Below, piece by piece: positions 1 to 10,002 of a stretch of 64,000 nt of DNA. The translations under genes and the position numbers were made by a program. The notes under the pieces are model-generated. The model searched no databases, was not told the origin of the DNA, and was given only the letters and a program-made list of their open reading frames with translations. Numbering within the stretch: the first letter of the stretch is position 1; each line of letters begins with the position of its first letter. Source of the DNA: an uncultured Gammaproteobacteria bacterium (lineage in GTDB: Bacteria; Patescibacteriota; Patescibacteriia; Magasanikbacterales; GWA2-37-8); assembly GCA_964496095.1 (NCBI GenBank), contig CAZBWU010000001.1, forward strand, positions 121,474 to 185,473. The letters are read 5' to 3'.

Positions 1-3000
1 ATTCTAATGAAATTAGCGGTGTGTTCACTAATATCGCCCTGCGTAAGTCCACCGACAGCGGCGCTACCTGGGGCGCGCGAGTAGATGTGACGGCAAGTGT
101 GACGGCAGGTTCATTTAATCCGATGATTGCTCTGGGTGCTGCTAATAATTTGTATGTAACTTACTATTCTAATGAATTTAACTCCGCGTATACCAACATT
201 GCCTTCCGTACCTCCACCGACAGCGGCGCTACCTGGGGCGCGCGAGTAGATGTGACCGCAAGTGTGACGAGATCTTCACAGAGTCCCCTGATTGCCATGA
301 ATTCTGCTAACGGCAATTTGTATACGGCCTATAGTTCTAGGGAATATAGTAGTGGGACTAATAATATTTCGATCAGGAGCGCAAGCATAGGTAACTACGC
401 TGCTACGGGCAATCTTGTTTCTTCTCCCTTTGACACTCTTGATAATAGAAATATTATAGGTGAGCTAAGCTGGGACGAAGCAGCTTCTTTGCCGGCCAAT
501 ACTGCGGTTACCGTGTCTCTGCGCACTGCTTCTACTTCGGCTTTATTATCTTCGGCTAGCTGGAGTGACTTTACTAACGCCACCGCTAACTGCAGTAAAT
601 CCGACATCACCGTAACTTGTCCGTTATCAGCTTTGCCAGTGGGGATGACTGACGGGTTAAACGATGAGTGGTGGCAATATAAAGTAGCCTTAACCGGAGG
701 GTTTAATACTCCCAATGTTTCTCGCGTGTCGGTAAAATATATAATTAATGCCACTCCGCAAATTCAAGGCGTTACCGCCATCCAAAGTTCATCCACAAAT
801 GACGTTATTATCACTTACGCTGTTCTTGATCCGGACACTTTCAGTGGTACTGAATCTGTCGGTTTCGTCTCTTCCACTTTTCAATACTGCAATAGCGATG
901 GTTCTAATTGCCAGAATATTAGTTCGCAAATGGCAGTAGGTAATTCATCTGTGAGTATCAATAGTTCCACTTTCACCACCACCACTGCTACATGGACTCC
1001 GGCTGGCGCATTTTTAAATATCAACAATGCCAATGCCATGATTAAAGTGACGGTCAACGATAATCAATCGGCAAACAATATTGCTTTAGCTACATCTTCT
1101 CCATTTGTTTTGGATACAGCCGCCCCTTCGGGAGGGTCTATTCTTGTGGACGCGTCTTCAACTCCGGCATTTTTAACAATTTTTGCCACCGACAGCTCTA
1201 CTATGGAAATGAAAATATCTTTAAATAACGATTTAGCCGGGGCTGACTGGCAACCGTATGCAACCACATCCACTGTCGCTCTGGCCACAGACCCAGACAC
1301 TGTTTATATTCAATTTAGAGATGTGCATAACAATACTTCCTCAATTTATTCTGCTACTACTCCCGAGACACCAACCCGAGCTATGATTCAGGATATTTCT
1401 AATGTTAAGGATGGCGCTACTGACTATCGACTTTTCTTTGCTTGGAAAGTCGTTGCCAATCCTAACCCCGGTTTTGCGTCATACCAAATTTATCGATCGA
1501 CCGACCAGGTAGATTGGACTTTGGTAAAAACAGAAACCACTAGAACATCTAATTTTTATACTGACAGCACTATATCTACTGGTGTATTGTATTATTATCG
1601 AGTAATCACATTAGATAGTGCTGGGAATATTTCGCGTTACTCATCTGTTCTTAGGGGTAATCCTAATGGTACACAAGATGGAGATGAAGGTGGAGGAGCA
1701 TCAGCCGTTGCTGCCGTTCCCACTATTACCAACGTTGCTACTTCTTCTGTTAGCCAAAATTCAGTTCTCATTACATGGGATACAGATGTGCTATCTGACT
1801 CCGCGATAATGTACGGTACTGATTCCAGTTCTTTGTCCAACACTGTTACTGTTTCGACAATGTTAGATAACAACACCTCCGTCGGCAACCATCAAGTTGC
1901 TATTATGGGACTTTCTCCAAATACTGACTATTTCTTTAAAGTTATATCAACAAATGTAGATGGTATCGTGGTCAGTTCTACAAATGATGGCCTTGGCTTT
2001 TCTTTTTCCACTCTCAATGGCACCTCTATTTCCAATGTCGCTAACCCCCAAGTCAATAACAACTCCGCCATTATTAGTTGGGAAACAAACGACAGCGCAT
2101 CCGAATATGTCGTCTATTCCACCAGTTCTAACTTTGCATCGTCTCTCACTGTCGGCTCTCCTGGACCTTATACTTTCCACTCCGTTTCTCTTTCCGGTTT
2201 GACTGCTGCCACTAACTATTTCTACTATGTTTATTCCGTTTATAACGACGTCACTTCTACTGATAAAAACATTATCAACGGCAATATTGAGTATTATCGC
2301 TTCAAAACCACCAATGACATTACATTACCCACTGTCACTAGCATTTCTGAATCAACTCTGGTAAACACTACTACTATCACTTGGGTAACCAACAAACAAG
2401 CGGATTCACAAATTATTTACGGCACTTCCACTAATTTTGGTTCTACCACCACTTTGGATTCCGTTCTCACTGTCCAACACTCTGTTACTATCACCGACTT
2501 ATTACCGAACACCCTCTATTATTACAAGATCAGATCCACCGATGCCAATGGTTTGCTCGGTCAATCAGCTGGAGATAGAACATTTACTACCCTCGCTGGC
2601 AATGATGTTACCGCTCCCGTTATTTCCGATATTGCCACTTCAAGCATATTTCTAACTGGGGCTACTGTTACCTGGAATACTGACGAAGTTGCCAATTATT
2701 TAGTTGATTATGGCACCTCCGGTTCTTATGGCTATCTGGCCGGCAACCCTTCAGATTTCTCTGGGACTTCTCATTCTGTCGATCTTGCCAATCTTACCGG
2801 TAACACAGTTTATTACTTTAGAGTAAGATCACAAGATGCAACCGGTAATACAGCCACCAGTTCACAATTATCTTTTACCACTGTTCCAGACATCTCTGAC
2901 CCTATTATTACCAACGTTACCACCGCCGTAGTGAATCAAGATTCCGCTGTGATCACCTGGAACACTAATGAATTGGCTACTTCAGAGATAGATTATAGCA

Positions 3001-4679
3001 CCGATACCACTTCGTTATCTTTTGTTTATACGACATCTACTCTCGACACTACTCATTCTGTTACCATCACTGGTCTCACCAAAGACACAACTTATTATTA
3101 CCTAGTAAAATCTGCTGATGCATCAAACAATATTGCTTCTAGCGACAACAGCGGAAATTATTATACTTTTATTACTCTAAAAACCCCAGGCGACACTACT
3201 ATTGTTATCGGTGGAGGCGGAAGTGGGTCGACGGTGGATAGGACAGCGCCGATTCTAAGTAGTGTAACAGTAAATGATGTAGGGCCAAATGAGACGACAG
3301 TTAAATGGGTTACTGACGAGGAGTCAAGTTCTTTAGTGCGATATGGCACTGCAACAAGTTATGGATATATTGCCGGGAATGACCAAGAGAAAGTTACCAA
3401 TCATTCAGTAGTGTTAAATAATTTGGGCCCAGCTTCAAATTATCATTTCAAAGCGGTATCTTATGATGCATCTGGGAATATGGGTGAATCAGTAGATACA
3501 ATTTTTACTACCCTCAACGAAAATGGAACTGTGGCCACTTCAACACAAACTGCAATAGAACCGTCGGACAGTTTCTTTGTTGCTAAAATAAAAAACGCCT
3601 CTAAAGATACAATAAATACAATTTTGGAAGCCCTAAACAGCAACCCTTCACTGAAGGATGTTTCCGAATCTTCTTTCGTCAAAGCGCTCACCGAAATGAC
3701 CGACAAAGTAGTGTTAGCGCCGTCTATTGTTGGTATCAAACCGCAAGTGGAAGTAAAAGGCACTACCGCAATAATTACTTGGTCCACTGACAAGAAATCA
3801 ACCACGGCGGTTAATTATGCTAAGGAATGGGAGTACAAAGCTTCGGATCCGACCCCTTACGCCAATACGGCTGTTAACGCGGATGAATTTAGTACTACTC
3901 ATCATATTGAATTGGACGGCCTGGATCCGGGCATTACCTATCATTATCAAGTGTCATCCAAAGGCACTATTGGTCCAGAAGCAAGAAGTCAAGATTATAC
4001 CTTCCAAACTACTTCTGAACTTCCAATTATTTCTGACGTTAGAGTGCAAAAGGCAAAAGAATCAGTCGTTACCATTAGTTGGAAAACCAATGTTCCTACT
4101 GCCGCTATTTTGGAATATACCAACCAACGAACTAAGACGACTCTTTCTCAAGGTGACGCCACTCTTCTCATTAACCATGAATTCACTGTCAAAAACTTGG
4201 AAGGAGCTACTACTTACAGTTTGTTAATAAAAGCAACCGATGAATTTAAAAACCAAGCAGTATCTTTGCCTATCAAATTTTCCACCGTCATAGATCAAAT
4301 ACCTCCTGTCATCTCCAAACTTTCTTCCGAATCCACTCTTTATCCAGGTAAAAATTCAAAAGTTCAAACAATTATATCGTGGGAAACAGATGAACCGGCC
4401 ACTTCGCAGTTATTTTATCAAGAAGGGGTCCAAGCCAATGGCACGGTAATCCCTGTGCCTGTTGATACTTCACTCAATACCCGACATATTATTGTGGTCA
4501 CTAAATTCTCGCCTGGGGCCGTTTATAAATACTGGGTGGAATCAAAAGATTTCTCCGGGAACACTTCCAAATCTGAAATATTCTCGCTTCTCGCGCCACA
4601 AGCAAAAGAAACTATAGTTGATATTATTATTAAGAACTTTGAATCTGTGTTTGGATGGACGAAGAATGTAGGAATTTAG
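1..4679 (+). CDS. Giant secreted/surface protein, 5'-truncated at window edge; N-terminal BNR/Asp-box repeats (STDSGATWG) followed by many fibronectin type III-like modules and a Gly-rich linker
   Basis: Reading frame is open back to position 3 and the upstream residues repeat the internal 58-aa unit; SxDxGxTW Asp-box repeats occur twice; a recurring YGT...T...H.V.L..L...T.Y.Y.V pattern is typical of Fn3/PAP-N domains; 174-nt DNA tandem repeat at 40-110 and 214-284. Confidence 0.75.
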   Translation, partial: SNEISGVFTNIALRKSTDSGATWGARVDVTASVTAGSFNPMIALGAANNLYVTYYSNEFNSAYTNIAFRTSTDSGATWGARVDVTASVTRSSQSPLIAMNSANGNLYTAYSSREYSSGTNNISIRSASIGNYAATGNLVSSPFDTLDNRNIIGELSWDEAASLPANTAVTVSLRTASTSALLSSASWSDFTNATANCSKSDITVTCPLSALPVGMTDGLNDEWWQYKVALTGGFNTPNVSRVSVKYIINATPQIQGVTAIQSSSTNDVIITYAVLDPDTFSGTESVGFVSSTFQYCNSDGSNCQNISSQMAVGNSSVSINSSTFTTTTATWTPAGAFLNINNANAMIKVTVNDNQSANNIALATSSPFVLDTAAPSGGSILVDASSTPAFLTIFATDSSTMEMKISLNNDLAGADWQPYATTSTVALATDPDTVYIQFRDVHNNTSSIYSATTPETPTRAMIQDISNVKDGATDYRLFFAWKVVANPNPGFASYQIYRSTDQVDWTLVKTETTRTSNFYTDSTISTGVLYYYRVITLDSAGNISRYSSVLRGNPNGTQDGDEGGGASAVAAVPTITNVATSSVSQNSVLITWDTDVLSDSAIMYGTDSSSLSNTVTVSTMLDNNTSVGNHQVAIMGLSPNTDYFFKVISTNVDGIVVSSTNDGLGFSFSTLNGTSISNVANPQVNNNSAIISWETNDSASEYVVYSTSSNFASSLTVGSPGPYTFHSVSLSGLTAATNYFYYVYSVYNDVTSTDKNIINGNIEYYRFKTTNDITLPTVTSISESTLVNTTTITWVTNKQADSQIIYGTSTNFGSTTTLDSVLTVQHSVTITDLLPNTLYYYKIRSTDANGLLGQSAGDRTFTTLAGNDVTAPVISDIATSSIFLTGATVTWNTDEVANYLVDYGTSGSYGYLAGNPSDFSGTSHSVDLANLTGNTVYYFRVRSQDATGNTATSSQLSFTTVPDISDPIITNVTTAVVNQDSAVITWNTNELATSEIDYSTDTTSLSFVYTTSTLDTTHSVTITGLTKDTTYYYLVKSADASNNIASSDNSGNYYTFITLKTPGDTTIVIGGGGSGSTVDRTAPILSSVTVNDVGPNETTVKWVTDEESSSLVRYGTATSYGYIAGNDQEKVTNHSVVLNNLGPASNYHFKAVSYDASGNMGESVDTIFTTLNENGTVATSTQTAIEPSDSFFVAKIKNASKDTINTILEALNSNPSLKDVSESSFVKALTEMTDKVVLAPSIVGIKPQVEVKGTTAIITWSTDKKSTTAVNYAKEWEYKASDPTPYANTAVNADEFSTTHHIELDGLDPGITYHYQVSSKGTIGPEARSQDYTFQTTSELPIISDVRVQKAKESVVTISWKTNVPTAAILEYTNQRTKTTLSQGDATLLINHEFTVKNLEGATTYSLLIKATDEFKNQAVSLPIKFSTVIDQIPPVISKLSSESTLYPGKNSKVQTIISWETDEPATSQLFYQEGVQANGTVIPVPVDTSLNTRHIIVVTKFSPGAVYKYWVESKDFSGNTSKSEIFSLLAPQAKETIVDIIIKNFESVFGWTKNVGI

Positions 4680-4708
4680 CAATGCGTCTTAGTTTAGTAA
4701 TTTTACTT

Positions 4709-6010
4709 ATGGAACCAATAATAAAAACAGAAGGTTTGAAAGTCATATATAATAAAGGAAAGGATAATGAGTATATTGCTCTCAATGGTATTGATATTGA
4801 AGTTTATCCGGAGGAATATTTGATATTCTTTGGTCCGTCAGGTTGTGGCAAATCAACTTTGCTTTATACTATTTTGGGATTCCAAAGGGCTACTGAAGGA
4901 AAGGTTTATATTAAAGGACAAGACAGTTCTGTTTTTTCAGAAAAAGAAAAAAATAAAACATCTTCACAATTTTTTGGTATAGTTTTTCAAAATTTTAACC
5001 TGATAAATTCCCTAAATGTAATAGATAATATTATGTTGCCACAGGTTTTTGTAAATGCTGAAAAAGAAGAACGAAAAGAAAAAGCCATGGTTCTTTTAAA
5101 GCGTTTTGGAATTGAAACTCGGGCGCACAATTTACCCTTCAATTTATCCGGCGGACAACAGCAGAGAGTGGCTATTTGTCGTGCTCTAATAAATGACCCC
5201 AGCGTTTTACTCGCGGATGAGCCTGTGGGAAATTTGGATAGTGAGTCGGCAAGAGTGGTAATGGAAACCTTGAAGGATATTAATAGAAATGAAAAAAAGA
5301 CGGTAATTTTGGTTACTCATGATGCTAGCTATTTACCTTACGCTGACAGAATTTATTATTTTAAAGATGCTAAATTGGAGCGCATGGTAAAGAATAAGCG
5401 TACGGAACAAGGTCAGTCAACAGCAAATAAGAAAGACCCATTAATAAGTGAATTAGAAAAGTTAGCGCACGTTCATAGCTTTATGACCGTTCCGCAATTA
5501 AAAGCGTGGAGCATTACTAATTATTTAACCGAAAGATTTACAGTCGATCAGACAGAAAGGCTGGAGGCAGTAATGGAACAGATGTTGGGTGGAAAAATTA
5601 GTCAGCATCATTTTTTTGAGAAGTTAAATAGCCCGTATGCAGAAGGTGGAGTTGGTATGTACAAAGCTACTGCTATAAGCTATACCCTTCGTATCGCCGA
5701 AATATTAAAGGAGGTTAAAGCTTGCCTGGTATGTTTGAAAAATAAAAGCGAAGAAGGGAAGCCTAAAATGGTTAAGTTATTACGAAAATTTTTAATTAGC
5801 GATTATCACGGGCATTTAAATAAGGAACACATCGAACGACTCGATAAGGTTATTTATAACCGAGCTTTTGGTTTGTCGAGCGAGCAAGAGTTTCGTCAGT
5901 TTCTCAATTTGCCGATTGCAGATGGTGGTGTTGGTTTACATGTCGCCACGGCGGAACGCTTAGCGGAGAGGTTAGAGATAATCTTAGCACAAATGTATGA
6001 AGCAAAATAA
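4709..6010 (+). CDS. ABC transporter ATP-binding protein (MacB/LolD-like) with ~200-aa C-terminal extension containing an internal duplicated module
   Basis: Walker A GPSGCGKST, signature LSGGQQQRVAICRAL, Walker B LLADEP; alternative in-frame starts at 4655 and 4682; the C-terminal region has two ~60-aa repeats, each ending ...P.A(E/D)GGVG..(K/V)ATA... Confidence 0.8.
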   Translation: MEPIIKTEGLKVIYNKGKDNEYIALNGIDIEVYPEEYLIFFGPSGCGKSTLLYTILGFQRATEGKVYIKGQDSSVFSEKEKNKTSSQFFGIVFQNFNLINSLNVIDNIMLPQVFVNAEKEERKEKAMVLLKRFGIETRAHNLPFNLSGGQQQRVAICRALINDPSVLLADEPVGNLDSESARVVMETLKDINRNEKKTVILVTHDASYLPYADRIYYFKDAKLERMVKNKRTEQGQSTANKKDPLISELEKLAHVHSFMTVPQLKAWSITNYLTERFTVDQTERLEAVMEQMLGGKISQHHFFEKLNSPYAEGGVGMYKATAISYTLRIAEILKEVKACLVCLKNKSEEGKPKMVKLLRKFLISDYHGHLNKEHIERLDKVIYNRAFGLSSEQEFRQFLNLPIADGGVGLHVATAERLAERLEIILAQMYEAK

Positions 6011-6016
6011 TTATAA

Positions 6017-7225
6017 GTGAACTTTGTGAAGCTAGCTGATTTATACAATCTTTCAACTAGAATGTTTAGAACCAGGCCAACCAGAACATGGTTGACCGTT
6101 CTTGGAATTGGCGTGGGAATCAGCGCGGTTTTATTTTTGGTGTCTTTGGGTTATGGGTTACAAAATGTTATTTTGCAAAAAATAGTATTCAACGAGGCGA
6201 TGTTGAGTTTAACAATTACTCCCGGTACAGATTTAATTATTTTAGACAATGAAGCAGTGGCTGATATTTTAAAAATTCAACATGTAACTGACGCATCTCC
6301 TTTAACAAAATTTACGGGTCAAATGGCACTCGGAGATTTAAATGGTACCATGGCGATAAGAGGTGTTAACGCTAATTTTTTTGGTTATTCCGGAACGGTT
6401 GCCAAAGCCGGCGATGTTTTTCTTGAAAACGAATCAGGCCAGATCGTGGTTTCCGAGGCTGTTTTAAAACTTTTCGGCGTGCAAGATCCGAAAGATATAA
6501 TTGGCAAGGAAGTTAGTTTAAAAATATTCATAACCAGCAGTAGTGTCAGTCAATCGCAATTGGAAATTGTCGATGTGCCAACCAATTATATTGTCAAAGG
6601 TGTGGTTGAAGATTCGCAAGATAGTTATATCTACATGCCGCTTAAGGAATTGGCAAGTTATGTGAAAGTAAATAGTTATGAACAAGCCAGGGTAAAAGTT
6701 GATGAAATTAACAATTTACAGTCGGTAAAGGATGCTATGCTTATAAAAGGATACCAGACACAATCACTATCTGAAATAATTGAACAGGCAAATAAAATTT
6801 TTCAAGTTATTCAAATAGTGCTCGGCTTATTTGGAGCTATTGCTTTAGTCGTTTCCGCGATCGGCATGTTTAACACCATGACGGTTACGTTGTTGGAAAG
6901 AACGAATGAAATCGGTATTATGAGATCTTTGGGAGCTAGTAAAGGAAATTTACGAAACTTATTTTTGAGCGAATCGATTGTGATTGGTTTTCTTGGTGGT
7001 GTAGTTGGTATTATAATCGGAATTTTGGGAGGGCAATTTACTAATTTAGTAGTCAATAGCCTGGCGGCAAAATTTGGTGGGACATCTGCAAACCTGTTTG
7101 CTTACCCGGCGTGGTTTATAATGGTAATTCTTTTTTTATCAGTAATTATCGGTTTTTTTTCAGGACTTTTTCCAGCTCGTCGCGCCGCGTCAATGGATCC
7201 GCTTGAAGCATTGAGATATAAGTAA
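6017..7225 (+). CDS. ABC transporter permease, FtsX/MacB-like
   Basis: N-terminal TM segment, large periplasmic-like domain, then a C-terminal cluster of four TM segments (ALVVSAIGMFNTMTVTLLERTNEIGIMRSLGASK is the typical FtsX-family core); GTG start, alternative ATG at 6062. Confidence 0.75.
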   Translation: MNFVKLADLYNLSTRMFRTRPTRTWLTVLGIGVGISAVLFLVSLGYGLQNVILQKIVFNEAMLSLTITPGTDLIILDNEAVADILKIQHVTDASPLTKFTGQMALGDLNGTMAIRGVNANFFGYSGTVAKAGDVFLENESGQIVVSEAVLKLFGVQDPKDIIGKEVSLKIFITSSSVSQSQLEIVDVPTNYIVKGVVEDSQDSYIYMPLKELASYVKVNSYEQARVKVDEINNLQSVKDAMLIKGYQTQSLSEIIEQANKIFQVIQIVLGLFGAIALVVSAIGMFNTMTVTLLERTNEIGIMRSLGASKGNLRNLFLSESIVIGFLGGVVGIIIGILGGQFTNLVVNSLAAKFGGTSANLFAYPAWFIMVILFLSVIIGFFSGLFPARRAASMDPLEALRYK

Positions 7226-7289
7226 TTTGACTTAAAATTCTGTAATGGTAAAATACGAAACAGTTTAAAAAGGAGCAAGTAAATTTTTT

Positions 7290-7736
7290 ATGCAAAATTC
7301 ACAAATTAACCGAGTTATTAAGTTGGTCAGGCGGACAGGGGACAAGGCAGTCATTATGGATAACGAATCAGACTCAGTTATGATGCTTATGGACTTGGAT
7401 GCTTATGAAAAAATGTTAGAAAATTCTGGAAGAGTGGAAACTTTAACCGAAGAAGAGTTGATGGATAGAATAAATAGAGATGTAGCTGTTTGGAGGGCTT
7501 ATAATGACAAAGAACGCTCAGAAAAGTTGGTTGATGAGGAGGTTGTAGAACAAAAACCTATGGCAAAATCAGCGCCAGTTATGGAAGAAAAAAGGCCAAT
7601 ATTAGCCAAAAATAACAGTTTTATTCCGACAGAAGATGCAGATCTAGGTCATACCCCCATCCTTCCTGAAGAATCTGCTGGCGATATCGTGGCCGAAGAG
7701 GAAGAAGAGAAGTTTTATCTTGAGCCCGTAGAATAG
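7290..7736 (+). CDS. Hypothetical acidic protein with Phd/YefM antitoxin-like N-terminal domain
   Basis: AAGGAG Shine-Dalgarno 8 nt upstream; the N-terminal ~45 aa (RVIKLVRRTGDKAVIMDNESDSVMMLMDLDAYEKMLE) resemble the Phd/YefM fold pattern; long Glu/Asp-rich tail; no toxin partner adjacent. Confidence 0.5.
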   Translation: MQNSQINRVIKLVRRTGDKAVIMDNESDSVMMLMDLDAYEKMLENSGRVETLTEEELMDRINRDVAVWRAYNDKERSEKLVDEEVVEQKPMAKSAPVMEEKRPILAKNNSFIPTEDADLGHTPILPEESAGDIVAEEEEEKFYLEPVE

Positions 7737-7782
7737 GCATTATATCCACAGGTTATCCCGTATTTTCTCAAGGCTAGGGGTC

Positions 7783-7811
7783 TTGCAAAGTTTTTAGATA
7801 TCTGTTATAGT
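7783..7811 (+). promoter_or_regulatory. Candidate sigma70-type promoter upstream of tuf (TTGCAA-N17-TATAGT)
   Basis: Hexamers with 17-nt spacing; a 14-bp palindrome CTCAAAATTTTGAG follows at 7821-7834. Confidence 0.4.
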
Positions 7812-7944
7812 GGCTACGTTGCTCAAAATTTTGAGTAATTATACTAATAATTAACGCAATTTTAGTTTTTTTTAAAAAAATATAACGGCTGGACAAAAAT
7901 CTATTCCGACCACTCGGTAATAGTGCCGTGTAAGGATTAAACTT

Positions 7945-9135
7945 ATGGCTGAGTTTATTAGAAACAAGCCACACATCAACATTGGTACTATCGGTCACGT
8001 TGACCATGGTAAGACCACTTTAACTGCTGCTATTTTGGCAGTTTTGCGTAGTCGCGGCGGAGCCGCTTCCAATAAGGGCGTAGATGATTTGGATAAATCA
8101 CCAGAGTCAAAAGCTCGTGGTATTACCATTTCTACCGCTCACGTAGAATATGAAACAGAAAACAGACATTATGCTCACGTTGATTGTCCAGGTCACGCTG
8201 ACTATGTCAAAAACATGATTACTGGTGCTGCTCAAATGGACGGCGCTATCCTTGTTGTTTCTGCTGCTGACGGTCCTATGCCTCAGACCAGAGAACATAT
8301 CTTACTTGCTCGTCAGGTAGGTGTGCCTTATATCGTTGTTTTCTTGAACAAAGTTGACCAAGTAAGTGATCCAGAATTGATTGACTTGGTTGAAGATGAA
8401 GTTCGTGATTTATTAAAGAAATACGGATTCCCTGGTGATACTACTCCAGTTATCCGTGGTTCTGCTTTACAAGCTTTACAAAACCCAACTGACGAAACTG
8501 CTTCTAAGTCTGTTTTAGACTTAATGAAGGCTGTTGACGAATATATTCCTCAACCTCAACGTGATGTAGATAAGCCATTTTTGATGCCTATCGAAGACGT
8601 ATTCTCCATTGAAGGCCGTGGTACTGTTGTAACCGGTCGTTTGGAAAGAGGCGTTATTCACTTGAATGATGAAGCTGAAATCGTTGGTATGCGTGAAGCT
8701 ACCTCCAAGACTGTTATTACTGGTATTGAAATGTTTAATAAACAGTTGAAAGAAGGTCAAGCTGGCGATAACGTTGGTTTATTGCTTCGCGGTACTAAGA
8801 AAGAAGAAGTAGAACGCGGTATGGTTATTGCCAAAGGCGGTTCTATTACTCCTCACACTGAATTTGAAGGTCAAGTTTATATCTTAACAAAAGAAGAAGG
8901 TGGAAGACACAAACCATTCTTCAAAGGCTATAAACCACAATTCTATATCCGTACTACCGATGTGACTGGTGAAGTTGAATTACCAGCTGGCACTGAAATG
9001 GTTATGCCAGGCGATACTATCGGATTTACTGTTAAATTAATCACTCCAGTAGCTATGGAAGAAAAGATGAACTTTGCTATCCGCGAAGGTGGCAAGACCG
9101 TAGGCTCTGGTGTTGTAACTAAGATTTTAAAATAA
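7945..9135 (+). CDS. tuf: Elongation factor Tu
   Basis: [26 protein letters not shown] GTPase motifs; 396 aa. Confidence 0.98.
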   Translation: MAEFIRNKPHINIGTIGHVDHGKTTLTAAILAVLRSRGGAASNKGVDDLDKSPESKARGITISTAHVEYETENRHYAHVDCPGHADYVKNMITGAAQMDGAILVVSAADGPMPQTREHILLARQVGVPYIVVFLNKVDQVSDPELIDLVEDEVRDLLKKYGFPGDTTPVIRGSALQALQNPTDETASKSVLDLMKAVDEYIPQPQRDVDKPFLMPIEDVFSIEGRGTVVTGRLERGVIHLNDEAEIVGMREATSKTVITGIEMFNKQLKEGQAGDNVGLLLRGTKKEEVERGMVIAKGGSITPHTEFEGQVYILTKEEGGRHKPFFKGYKPQFYIRTTDVTGEVELPAGTEMVMPGDTIGFTVKLITPVAMEEKMNFAIREGGKTVGSGVVTKILK

Positions 9136-9145
9136 TTAATAATGA

Positions 9146-9184
9146 CCCCGAGCCGCAGCTGCGGCTCGGGGCATTTTGCTCTTT
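9146..9184 (+). terminator. Rho-independent terminator after tuf
   Basis: Perfect 13-bp palindrome CCCCGAGCCGCAG/CTGCGGCTCGGGG followed by cattttgctcttt. Confidence 0.75.
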
Positions 9185-9538
9185 ATGAAAGATACTCAAA
9201 CAACTAAAAAAACAGTTACCGCCACCGAAGAAGTAAGCACTCGCATCAGAATCAAGGTTCGTGCTTATGATAATAAAATTATCGATCAAGCCGTTAAGAA
9301 CATAATTGAAACTGCTGAAAGACATGGTGCTACTATCGTTGGTCCGATTCCATTGCCAACTGAAAAGACCAAGTTTACTGTTAATCGTTCTACTTTCGTT
9401 CACAAAGATGCTCGTGAACAATTTGAAATGAGAGTCCACAAACGTTTGATTGATATTGTCAATCCTAATGCCAAAACTGTAGACGCTTTGATGAGCCTTC
9501 AAGTGCCAGCAGGTGTAGACATAGAAATCAAAATGTAG
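9185..9538 (+). CDS. rpsJ: 30S ribosomal protein S10
   Basis: [10 protein letters not shown]...VGPIPLPT...HKRLIDI signature; TTG at 9176 is an alternative start. Confidence 0.95.
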   Translation: MKDTQTTKKTVTATEEVSTRIRIKVRAYDNKIIDQAVKNIIETAERHGATIVGPIPLPTEKTKFTVNRSTFVHKDAREQFEMRVHKRLIDIVNPNAKTVDALMSLQVPAGVDIEIKM

Positions 9539-9540
9539 TT

Positions 9541-9606
9541 TGTCCCGATTTTGCTTCGAGCAAAATTGAGGATCCGCGATTCCGCGACAAAGGGGAATCG
9601 GGACAG
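9541..9606. repeat. Nested-hairpin palindromic intergenic element (outer stem GTCCCGATT/AATCGGGAC with inner hairpins)
   Basis: Inverted repeats read directly; inner hairpin ATTTTGCTtcgaGCAAAAT. Confidence 0.5.
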
Positions 9607-9642
9607 GTCCCAGCTGGCGTTGACATTGAGATAAAGATGTAA
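9607..9642 (+). pseudogene. Second copy of the rpsJ 3' end: encodes [11 protein letters not shown]-stop, identical at amino-acid level to the S10 C-terminus but with ~10 synonymous substitutions; different frame, no start codon
   Basis: gtcccagctggcgttgacattgagataaagatgtaa versus rpsJ gtgccagcaggtgtagacatagaaatcaaaatgtag. Confidence 0.55.
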
Positions 9643-9653
9643 ACCCTTGACAG

Positions 9654-9682
9654 GTAATAAAAATTGTAGTAAAATCTAGATA
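9654..9682 (+). promoter_or_regulatory. Candidate promoter TTGACA-N17-TAAAAT driving the rplC leader
   Basis: Consensus -35, 17-nt spacer, AT-rich -10. Confidence 0.5.
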
Positions 9683-9790
9683 AATAAAAAAGTTTGTTCA
9701 GACTGAGTAAATAAGATCTAAAAGCCCTGATATTACTGAATATTTAAGACGGGCGAAGAAAACATTTACAAGGTCAGAAAAAACTGGAGG

Positions 9791-9884
9791 AAAAATATTT
9801 AACAATTCACCCAGTGAAATAATTCCGATAAAATCGGAATTGCCACAAAGTGGCATTTCACAGGGTAAACAAATTAAGCCATTC
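9791..9884 (+). ncRNA. Conserved structured leader RNA motif, copy 1 (three-way junction: 10-bp closing stem CCAGTGAAAT/ATTTCACAGG, hairpin AATTCCGATaaaATCGGAATT, hairpin GCCACaaaGTGGC, tail GGGTAAACAAATTAAGCC)
   Basis: Second copy at 55486-55574 shows compensatory changes (GAT/ATC to GAC/GTC; GTGGC to GTGGT); preceded by a TTTAACAAT boxA-like string. Confidence 0.6.
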
Positions 9885-9945
9885 TAAAATTCCTTAAAGT
9901 AAGGATGTTCGCTTAGATATAAATTTGAGCGAACAAGCAAGAAGG

Positions 9946-10002
9946 CTAGAAACGAAATCGTGATTAAGTAAGATTAATTTCGCTGTCGTTTCTAGTTTTT
10001 TA
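9946..10002 (+). terminator. Leader terminator/attenuator upstream of rplC
   Basis: Stem CTAGAAACGAAAT...ATTTCGctgTCGTTTCTAG followed by TTTTTT; additional hairpin GTTCGCT...AGCGAAC at 9907-9934. Confidence 0.6.

Noticed and set aside
395-754. Antisense ORFs (395-754, 1064-1300, 1637-1888, 1947-2180 and others) inside the giant surface-protein gene
   Set aside because: Fully embedded in a long, well-supported coding frame on the other strand, with no start or Shine-Dalgarno context; artefacts of repetitive low-complexity coding sequence.
9791-9884. Considered that the repeated structured element could be a tRNA, tmRNA, SRP RNA or RNase P RNA
   Set aside because: There is no cloverleaf (it is a two-hairpin multiloop closed by a 10-bp stem) and no conserved tmRNA, SRP domain IV or RNase P P4 motifs. 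It occurs twice in leader positions, consistent with a cis-regulatory element rather than a housekeeping RNA.
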